DNA of 51,450 bases, taken from Patescibacteria group bacterium (GTDB lineage Bacteria > Patescibacteriota > Minisyncoccia > Phycocordibacterales > JBBUBG01). The notes under the pieces were generated by a model. It did no database searches, was not told the DNA's origin, and saw only the letters and a list, made by a program, of their open reading frames with translations. The DNA is taken from positions 1-51,450 of the forward strand of contig JAZKIQ010000003.1 in assembly GCA_040384765.1 (NCBI GenBank). The letters are read 5' to 3'. Every line of letters starts with the position of its first letter. Position 1 is the first letter of the stretch. The position numbers were made by a program, and so were the translations under genes. Shown one piece after another: positions 44,038 through 51,450 of this stretch.

Positions 44038-46215
44038 CTATTCTAGGGGGTTGCGGCCCGCGCGTATCTCTGCAGTAGCGCGTTCTACATCTCCTTTGAG
44101 TGACGGATCAATGATAACAACCTGTGCGAGCTCGGCAATAGCAGCCTCGCGCTGGCCGGTTTTTAGATACGCTCCTGCAAGGGAGATACGGCCCTGCTTG
44201 CTGCCAGGCTCATCCGCAAGAATATGCTTCCAGTAGTCGATGAGCACAGGATACTCCTTATTCGCAGAGTAGGCGCTTGGGATGCGCTCCTCTGTTGGAT
44301 ACGCCGTACCGATCTTTTCAACCATAAGAGCCTTCGCATCGGCGACCCGGTGATTGTAGATAAGAGCTACGGCATACCACAGTACTGAGGTGCGCGAACT
44401 TGTTTCAAGCTCGTACGCATTTTTCATGACGGCCAATCCCTTTTCAAGCTCACCTTTTGAGAGATACGCGCGACCAAGCTCAAACATAATCGACTGCTTG
44501 CGCGGCGAAAGCTCGGACGCCTTTTCGAGGATCTGTGCACCAAGAGAAGCGTTTCCCGAAGACAGGTGGAGATCTCCCAAAAAGAGTGCGTACCTGGCGT
44601 CGTATGGATTCTCGGCAACCTGAGTGGTCATCTCGGACTGCGCAAGAAGCACGATCTCTTGCCTCACCTTTGGATCAAGCGTACTTATCGACCCCGACTG
44701 ATACGCTATCTGCACAAGCTGCTCGCGTGCCTCAGAGGTGCCCAATGTATTGTACGCAATTGCTTTCTTGAAATATTCAACATTCTTTGTGATCCCCTCC
44801 TTTTGACCAGAGAGCGCTTTGATCAGCGTACGAGCAGTGAGGAATGGCTTGAGATCAACGAAGTAAAATGCGAGCACAAATACGATAACACCAAGCGAGA
44901 AGAGGCCATCGCGAAGCGCCGCTCCGATCGCATAGGGAGCATGAGACTCTTTTTCTTTAAAGTGAAGCGGTGGGGAGTGGTGGTGGAGATACGCAAGCAC
45001 CGCCATAAAGTAGATGTCGCTGACGAGGTTGTCGAACACTGTGAGGTTCTGAACAAAATAGCCAATGAGCAGACCGGTGAGAATCGCCTTTTCTGCGGGC
45101 GGCAAAGAGGTGGAGCGCCACAACACATACGCGGCCGATCCAAACAGCGAAAGGTACGCAAGAAGGCCAAGGAGCCCAGCAGCGGTAAGCCAGTCGAAGA
45201 ATACACTATGGGCTCGGTCGAACCACTGCTCTTGGTCGTAGAGGCGCGGATCGTAATGCTTGTTAAACACCAGGTTGAAATTCTCTTGGCCAGTACCGAG
45301 GATTGGGTGCTCTTTCCATCCTTCGATCGCCATGCCCCAGAGAATAAAGCGAGCGCGGGTTGTCTGGTCGGAAAGCGAGATATTCGCAAAACGGGAGAGG
45401 ATCGGGCTCTGCTGTACAAATGGGCTTTTGCGTATGATAACAAAGGTGCCGCCCGCCACAGCAAGCAGGACAAATAGTATCGCCCCGGCCTTGCGGACAG
45501 CACCCTCTTCGGAGAGAAACATGAGCGAAAATGCCGTCACGAGCAGTCCGAGCACGAGGCCGATCAAGGCACCGCGAGTACCGGTGTACACGAGCACCAC
45601 AAAGTTGAGCAAGAAAGGTACTGTGTAGAGCCACCGGAAGCCCGACTTCGTGCGTGCGAAGAGAAGGAGGGATACAAAGATGTTGAAAAGCAGATATACC
45701 GCAAAGTAGATTGCGTTGCCGAAAAGACCGTCCACGCGCACGCCGCCCTGGTTGATCGCGAGCTTGCCACCAATCTGAAGCAGCGAATACAAGCACATGA
45801 AAAGGCTTGCCACGATCGAGCTGTTCCAAAACCATCTCCAATGCTTCTCATGGAACAAAGCACCTGCCATAACACCAAAAAGAGAGAAGTGCAGGAGCGA
45901 AAGCAGACCCTCCATACGCTCAAAGTTGGACCAGAAACTGCGTGTTGGGTTGGCGCCAAGAAGGTCCGCCACACTTACGACCGAAACAAACAGAGCAAGA
46001 GATGCCACGATGGCAGTCTTTTTTGGGCGCGCTTCGGGATAGCGCAGAGCGAGGTAGAGGTAGATAAGCGCCGCAATCTGTATAACAAAGCGGAAAAAGA
46101 ACGCCTTGCCGGTGATAAACGGAAAGAAAAGGCTGTTCGTAACAATAAACGGAACAAGGAGTACGAGAAACAAGAGCCCTATGGCAGTTTTGCGAAGAAG
46201 AGAGTGTTCAAACAT
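44038..46215 (-). CDS. O-antigen ligase family protein with TPRs
   Basis: FPFITGK, ERMEG, TGTRGA, LGTGQENF, DRAHS; TPR C-terminus. Confidence 0.85.
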   Translation of the reverse strand: MFEHSLLRKTAIGLLFLVLLVPFIVTNSLFFPFITGKAFFFRFVIQIAALIYLYLALRYPEARPKKTAIVASLALFVSVVSVADLLGANPTRSFWSNFERMEGLLSLLHFSLFGVMAGALFHEKHWRWFWNSSIVASLFMCLYSLLQIGGKLAINQGGVRVDGLFGNAIYFAVYLLFNIFVSLLLFARTKSGFRWLYTVPFLLNFVVLVYTGTRGALIGLVLGLLVTAFSLMFLSEEGAVRKAGAILFVLLAVAGGTFVIIRKSPFVQQSPILSRFANISLSDQTTRARFILWGMAIEGWKEHPILGTGQENFNLVFNKHYDPRLYDQEQWFDRAHSVFFDWLTAAGLLGLLAYLSLFGSAAYVLWRSTSLPPAEKAILTGLLIGYFVQNLTVFDNLVSDIYFMAVLAYLHHHSPPLHFKEKESHAPYAIGAALRDGLFSLGVIVFVLAFYFVDLKPFLTARTLIKALSGQKEGITKNVEYFKKAIAYNTLGTSEAREQLVQIAYQSGSISTLDPKVRQEIVLLAQSEMTTQVAENPYDARYALFLGDLHLSSGNASLGAQILEKASELSPRKQSIMFELGRAYLSKGELEKGLAVMKNAYELETSSRTSVLWYAVALIYNHRVADAKALMVEKIGTAYPTEERIPSAYSANKEYPVLIDYWKHILADEPGSKQGRISLAGAYLKTGQREAAIAELAQVVIIDPSLKGDVERATAEIRAGRNPLE

Positions 46216-46265
46216 GCATCTCACTCTAGCACAGCAGCTATCAAAAATGAACGGGGGAGGTCGGC

Positions 46266-48092
46266 CTACAATGCGGTCTCATCGAGAGCACGCGAAACGC
46301 TTTTCATCTCACCATGCTGCATCATCTGACGGTAGTACGAGCCTTCCCGGCCGGAAAGCTCAAGCGGGGAACCCTGCTCCACCACACGCCCGCCTTCAAA
46401 CACAATAACGCGGTCAACATACTCGATTGTGCTTGGCTTATGAGCGATCACGATAAGCGTGATGCTCCCCTTGAGTGCCACAAGGGTTTCCTTGATAGCA
46501 GCCTCCGATGTGCCATCGAGGGCACTCGTCGCTTCGTCGAGAATGAGCACCGCCGGCTTTCGTGCAAGCGCTCGTGCAAGCACTATCCTCTGACGCTCGC
46601 CACCCGAGAGGCGCGTACCTCGCTCGCCCACATGCGTAGCAAGCTGCTTCGGGAGCTCTTTTATCATGTCATATATATGTGCGCGTTTTGCAGCCTCGAT
46701 CACATCTTCATGGGTGATGGTCTGATCGTAGAAACGAATATTCTGCTCGATCGTATCATTCATCAAAAAAGGCTCCTGTGAGACGTACACGACATGCTTT
46801 CTCCAGTCGGCAATCAAAATATCCTCAATTGGGGTGCCATCCATAGTGACTACGCCGCCTTTCGGGTAGATAAGACGAAGCAGAATATCGGCGAAGGTTG
46901 TCTTGCCTGCTCCAGAGGAGCCCATCACCCCAATCGCCTCACCCCGACCCACCTTGAGAGAAAAATCTTCGAGGATCGGGAGCGTTTTATCGTACGAAAA
47001 GGAGACCTTTTCAAATGCGATCTCTCGCTCAAACGAGAAAGGCTGATCTCCAGACGTGCGCTCTGGGTGAGATTTTACGAGATTGAGCAGGTTCTGTACC
47101 TCCTGAGCCGCCGGGATTGTCTCGCTCGCAACATGCAGCGATGATTGTATATTTTCTATGTTTGAGAAAATGCGGTTTACCAGATACATAACAGACGCAA
47201 ACGAAATAATATCGAACTGAAAATATTTATAGGTGATCGCGAACACCACCACGATGAACATAATGGAAAGCGGCTCGAGAGATACTTTAGCGAAATGCTT
47301 CGCAATCTGTTTTTTGAATTCAGCCTCCTCGATCTCCAAAAAACGAGCACCCATCTCCCGCACTAAGCCTTGCTCAACACCCGCAGCTTTTATTGTCTTC
47401 ATACCCAGGAGAGATTCACCAATGCCATGCGAAATCTCCTTGGACATAGCAACGGCCTTTCTCGAATATTGACGCACTAAGCGAATGATCGGCTTGTAGA
47501 GCACGAGAATACCTACGCCAAAGAGGAGCGCAGCAATGGTGATATAGGGCGAGATGAAAAAAGAGACCGTGGCATAGATAAAAGTGTTTGAAACCGCCAA
47601 AAGCACGGCAACCATTTTTTCAAGAAATTGCGTGCTTTGCTTAGTATCTCGAAGAATCACGCCGTCTACATAGCCAATCTTCTGAGAGCGTAAAAATGAA
47701 TAGTCTGCCAAGAGAAACCCTTCATATATCGCTCTGCGCGTATCATTCTTATAGTTTGTAAGCATCCGGGTACGGTAGTATCCAAAACCGAAGAGTACCG
47801 CTGTCTTGAGAAGAAAAACAAATATCGTAACAGCAAGGAGGGCCTGAAAACCGATACGAATATTAGTAATCTCAAAAAATCGCTGAACAAGCTCTACAGA
47901 AAAACTTCCTCCAAGACCTGTCCCACCCGTAAAAAAGGTGAAGAGCGGAATAAGAAGCGTGATACCAAAACTCTCAAGAAAACCTACAACGAGGCCGAGC
48001 GCAGAGAGCACGAGCATGGTCTTTCGATAATCACCGTAGAGATTACCGACGAGGAGCCACGCTTTTTTTATAAGATCACGCAAAGCACGCAT
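46266..48092 (-). CDS. ABC exporter, fused permease/ATPase (MsbA-like)
   Basis: N-terminal TM domain; GSSGAGKT, LSGGERQR, LDEATSALD. Confidence 0.92.
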   Translation of the reverse strand: MRALRDLIKKAWLLVGNLYGDYRKTMLVLSALGLVVGFLESFGITLLIPLFTFFTGGTGLGGSFSVELVQRFFEITNIRIGFQALLAVTIFVFLLKTAVLFGFGYYRTRMLTNYKNDTRRAIYEGFLLADYSFLRSQKIGYVDGVILRDTKQSTQFLEKMVAVLLAVSNTFIYATVSFFISPYITIAALLFGVGILVLYKPIIRLVRQYSRKAVAMSKEISHGIGESLLGMKTIKAAGVEQGLVREMGARFLEIEEAEFKKQIAKHFAKVSLEPLSIMFIVVVFAITYKYFQFDIISFASVMYLVNRIFSNIENIQSSLHVASETIPAAQEVQNLLNLVKSHPERTSGDQPFSFEREIAFEKVSFSYDKTLPILEDFSLKVGRGEAIGVMGSSGAGKTTFADILLRLIYPKGGVVTMDGTPIEDILIADWRKHVVYVSQEPFLMNDTIEQNIRFYDQTITHEDVIEAAKRAHIYDMIKELPKQLATHVGERGTRLSGGERQRIVLARALARKPAVLILDEATSALDGTSEAAIKETLVALKGSITLIVIAHKPSTIEYVDRVIVFEGGRVVEQGSPLELSGREGSYYRQMMQHGEMKSVSRALDETAL

Positions 48093-48140
48093 TACTTCAA
48101 TTTATATTAGTTTTCTATCGCACGCTATCGAACGCGCACC

Positions 48141-48869
48141 TTATGCGCGAGGCTTTCGAATAAACGACTTCCCTGAAGGCGCATCGAACACGATGGCAAG
48201 AGAATGTTTCTTCGAAAATTCATCGATCGCCTTCACGCTTCCGGGCCACTTCTCTCGATCGCCTTCGCCTTGATATTCATCAAACATAATGATGCCGCCA
48301 GGAGAAACTCGAGGGTAGAGCTCTTCGAGACAAAGCTTATAGGAAGCGTACAGATCAACATCGAGATGGAGGAGTGCAATCTTGGCAGGAGCCTTGTGGA
48401 GTGTGTCCTCAAAAAAACCTTTTACAAACCTCGTCCTCTTCTCCACAAAAAGATCGGTGAGACCTCCGCGAATGAGACGGCGCGTGACGATCTCGATCTT
48501 AGTAACGCGCGCCCAGCTGTCGCCAAGCATCGGCTTCCGGACACTTTCGTCTTCAGAAGTCGGCTCGGGAAAACCTTCGAATGAATCGAACCCCCACAGA
48601 AGCCGCTCGGACACCTTGTAGATATCGAGCAAAAGGGCAAACATAAGGAAGCTTCGGCCTTTGCCCACGCCGCACTCCACAATATCGCCAGACACTCCCT
48701 CGATCTCAAAAAAACGATCTCGGTAGTATAAAAAACGAGCAGCGTTCTTCCTCGCGAGGGGCACATGCTCACGCTCAAACCGCTCGAGACTGTATCCGAG
48801 TAAGCCAGCCATCCTACGCACCCAAAAAAGCGGACTCACTCTTTTTTTTAATTTTGAAAAATCAGCCAT
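48141..48869 (-). CDS. TylF/MycF family O-methyltransferase
   Basis: GDIVECGV..G, FDSFEGFP, KGFFEDTL, LHLDVDLY, GGIIMFDEY. Confidence 0.9.
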   Translation of the reverse strand: MADFSKLKKRVSPLFWVRRMAGLLGYSLERFEREHVPLARKNAARFLYYRDRFFEIEGVSGDIVECGVGKGRSFLMFALLLDIYKVSERLLWGFDSFEGFPEPTSEDESVRKPMLGDSWARVTKIEIVTRRLIRGGLTDLFVEKRTRFVKGFFEDTLHKAPAKIALLHLDVDLYASYKLCLEELYPRVSPGGIIMFDEYQGEGDREKWPGSVKAIDEFSKKHSLAIVFDAPSGKSFIRKPRA

Positions 48870-48882
48870 AATCATCGCTTGT

Positions 48883-50676
48883 TTAAGCTGTCGGTCTTTT
48901 TTCTAAGATGCAGTTCTCGAGCACCAGATACTCCATACCGGAGGCCAGAAAACATCGAATCGCTTCAGCGGGAGTTTCGACGATTGGCTCCCCGGCAAGA
49001 TTAAACGAGGTGTTGAGCACAAGTGGCACACTGGTCTGGCGCTCAAAGGCCTGAAGAAAGCGGTAGTACCGCTCGTTTGATTCTTGCGTCACCGACTGAA
49101 TGCGGCACGAGCCATCTACGTGCACAATGGAAGGAACCTGCGAGCGCTTCTCGGGCAACACTTGCGCAGCAAGAAGCATGAAGGGGCTTGGGTGCTCGAG
49201 CGCAAACCATGCACTCTGGCGTTCGGCCAAGACTGACGCAGCAAAGGGGCGCCACGGCTCGCGAAATTTTACTTTTTTGTTCGCAATGTTGGCCATCTCT
49301 GGATTGCGCGCATCACACAAAATAGAACGGTGGCCGAGCGCTCGAGGACCGTACTCAGCGCCCCCCGAAAACCATCCCACGATCTTTGAGTTGGCAACAT
49401 GCGTTGCTGCAACTTCCGCAATATCAGTCGGCCGAGTCACCACGATCTTGTCAGCATACGCTTTAAGCGCGGCCTCGATCTCCACCTCGCCATACGGCCT
49501 TCCAAGCGCCACATTCGACATGCGCCAAAAGCGTGGTAGTCCTGCGATCATATGTGCGCCGTAGAGTACACAGCCAAGTGCAATACCCGTATCCGAGGCT
49601 GCAGGCTGCACAAACAGATGCTTAAATTCGACGTCCTCGAGGAAGCGCCTGTTCGCATCGATATTAAGACCGACGCCGCCTGCAAGACACAGATTGTCTG
49701 AACCGGTCACCGCCCGGAGCCGCTTCCCGAGGCGCACCATCACCTCTTCGAGCACCTTTTGTGCGGCATATGCCACCGACGCATAGTAAGGGTCAGGGAG
49801 CGGATCTTTTGCTCCGCGCGCAGGCTGGCGGAGATTGATCTCCGTAAAATGGGATGGGCGTTCAAAAAACTCCTTTCGTCCACCCGAAACAAAAGAGATG
49901 ATCGCAAACGCGACATCTTCAAGCCGCTCTTTTATGCGAGCAGAAAATGGAGAGTCGACTTTTCTGCCTTCGAGATATTTCTCCGCGCCAGGAAACGTGA
50001 TGTTTGCGTTGCAGATAAGATGACCGTCCACTTCGGCGAACCATCGCTCGAGTGGAAATTCACGAAGCACCCGATCATCTCCGTATGGCGCGAGGCCCAT
50101 CATCTTGCCTTCGTTGTAAGCGCCAAGCGAGAGGTACGCCTCGCAGATAAAAGTGTACAGCTTGCCGATACCCATTGAGTGGCGAAATGCCCTGCGACGG
50201 CGCTGGTGAATGGTCTTCTGTATTTCGATAAGCTTGTTCCCCGACCCTCGGTACAGAGTCTCCGTTTCGGTGCCGATCACGCCAAGGTAGTTTTTCCTCT
50301 TTTCACCCGAGCCGTCCGCGACCATGACCGCGGACTCTTCGAACGGCGAAGCAAAGAAGGCAGATGCCGCATGCGCATCATGATGGTTGATGATATGGAT
50401 CGGTACACCCGCAAACCGACCCTTCATGTTCTCCATAAAAATCCGGTCCGAAGGCACCTCATTGCGGTAGCCAACCTGGTCGAGAACGATCATATCGATA
50501 TCGCCGTCAGCAAGCCCCGCCTCCTTAAGGCAGTAGTCTATTGCAAGGCGGGGAAACATGTTTTTCGAGTGCTTTACGCGGTTTAAACGCTCTTCGGCAA
50601 TAGCAACAATACGAGCCCCAGCGAGTACCGCTGCACCCGTATCGTGCGATGTGACCTTTACCCCAAGGATGTTCAT
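48883..50676 (-). CDS. Carbamoyltransferase (NodU/CmcH family)
   Basis: HDTGAA, EERLNRVKH, HHDAHAASAF, GKMMGLAPYG, EYGPRALGHRS, LNTSFN. Confidence 0.95.
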   Translation of the reverse strand: MNILGVKVTSHDTGAAVLAGARIVAIAEERLNRVKHSKNMFPRLAIDYCLKEAGLADGDIDMIVLDQVGYRNEVPSDRIFMENMKGRFAGVPIHIINHHDAHAASAFFASPFEESAVMVADGSGEKRKNYLGVIGTETETLYRGSGNKLIEIQKTIHQRRRRAFRHSMGIGKLYTFICEAYLSLGAYNEGKMMGLAPYGDDRVLREFPLERWFAEVDGHLICNANITFPGAEKYLEGRKVDSPFSARIKERLEDVAFAIISFVSGGRKEFFERPSHFTEINLRQPARGAKDPLPDPYYASVAYAAQKVLEEVMVRLGKRLRAVTGSDNLCLAGGVGLNIDANRRFLEDVEFKHLFVQPAASDTGIALGCVLYGAHMIAGLPRFWRMSNVALGRPYGEVEIEAALKAYADKIVVTRPTDIAEVAATHVANSKIVGWFSGGAEYGPRALGHRSILCDARNPEMANIANKKVKFREPWRPFAASVLAERQSAWFALEHPSPFMLLAAQVLPEKRSQVPSIVHVDGSCRIQSVTQESNERYYRFLQAFERQTSVPLVLNTSFNLAGEPIVETPAEAIRCFLASGMEYLVLENCILEKRPTA

Positions 50677-50692
50677 AGGAGGCTATGGTAGC

Positions 50693-51450
50693 TCAAAAAG
50701 GCCCTGATTGCACGCCTTTTTCGGGCAGGGAAAGCTTCCAAATTTCGTCGGCAACAACCTCCCCAACGGACCACTCGAGGCCTCGGGGTCGGATACTTTC
50801 TGCAATAAACGCCTCACGTTCCTTTTTTCTCGGATCTCCCCCCGCGAGGATCTTCTTGAGTGAAGCTAGAAATTGCGGACCGAGAGGAACAGCCTCCACG
50901 GCACCACTCGCAAGAAGGTGCTGAAAATGCTGAGCGCGCTGCACACCCGAATCATTTGAACGCATGATCACGATTCCTGGCTTACTTTTGATCAGTGCGT
51001 CGACAATCCCCGTTGTATGCACAGTAACGGCAACAAAAGAGTGCGTAATCGAATCAAAAAGCATCTGAACCTCATCCGGGTCATTCATGGAGAAAATCTT
51101 TGACGGCGCAACAACAGTATCCCGTGCTGCAAGATCTGTATACGTAAGAACCGTAAGCGGCGAGGGACGCACAAGAATCTGAATTGAGCGAAGTTCTGCA
51201 TCCTCTGCATTATTGAGATGCTCACGAATTTCACGCACCATATCCGGACCATCGCCCGTTGCGGCGCCTGACCCGAGGTACAAAAGTATCGGCCTGACAG
51301 GATCGAGACCATACCGCGCACAAAATGCTACACGATCAAGAGAAGAGCTGTTTACCCGAAACCAGTCATCAAACTGATATGCACCCACAATCGTAATATT
51401 ACTTTCTGGGATACCATGATGCTCCATTGTTTCCCTTACCTGCTCCTTAT
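50693..51450 (-). CDS. GT-B-fold surface polysaccharide protein, C-terminal part (extends beyond window)
   Basis: Frame open to the window edge; I..VGAYQFD, ILLYLGS, TTGIVDALI.SKP; glycan-locus context. Confidence 0.55.
   Translation of the reverse strand, partial: KEQVRETMEHHGIPESNITIVGAYQFDDWFRVNSSSLDRVAFCARYGLDPVRPILLYLGSGAATGDGPDMVREIREHLNNAEDAELRSIQILVRPSPLTVLTYTDLAARDTVVAPSKIFSMNDPDEVQMLFDSITHSFVAVTVHTTGIVDALIKSKPGIVIMRSNDSGVQRAQHFQHLLASGAVEAVPLGPQFLASLKKILAGGDPRKKEREAFIAESIRPRGLEWSVGEVVADEIWKLSLPEKGVQSGPF

Noticed and set aside
9282-45503. Long antisense or alternative-frame ORFs (e.g. 9282-10019+, 12371-13135+, 26716-27537+, 30425-31294-, 44566-45477+)
   Set aside because: They shadow better-supported genes on the other strand and lack start signals or motifs.
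1-51450. CRISPR array, DGR, retron or group II intron
   Set aside because: No regularly spaced repeats, cas genes, reverse-transcriptase motifs or TR/VR pair were seen.
1-51450. Alternative genetic code (TGA read as Gly)
   Set aside because: Conserved genes are intact under code 11 and TGA terminates plausible genes (e.g. at 28405 and 39106).

Overview
Chromosomal fragment of a small-genome bacterium, most likely Patescibacteria/Parcubacteria (CPR). This assignment is inferred from the short ValS, the RNHCP and CxxC-x17-CxxC proteins, the TPR membrane proteins, apparently leaderless core genes and REP/MITE-like hairpins; the genetic code is standard. Housekeeping content: tsaD, valS, prsW, hsp20, ftsB-like, lepA, murJ, class II nrdJ, htpX, lemA, RNase P RNA, five tRNAs (Glu, Ser-CGA, Arg-CCT, Gly-CCC, Ser-GGA) and part of a surface-glycan modification locus. 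The standout is a ~6 kb minus-strand transcription unit (about 16490 to 10460) just downstream of tRNA-Arg. It has a ~720-nt hairpin-tiled non-coding leader, about 13 small orphan ORFs, most with strong Shine-Dalgarno (SD) sites, and two complete same-polarity type III hammerhead ribozymes (15086-15136 and 14539-14611). It also carries two copies of an unrecognised covarying RNA motif. Other notable items are a GIY-YIG gene inserted with a duplicated and interrupted tRNA-Gly 5' end, a PurA homologue with altered catalytic and substrate motifs, and a tRNA-Ser-linked defence island (two DUF4238 genes plus an ATPase-TOPRIM fusion). MITE-like insertions occur in two promoters, and a uORF-terminator attenuator lies upstream of an MFS gene. 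All calls come from reading motifs by eye; no searches or folding programs were run.
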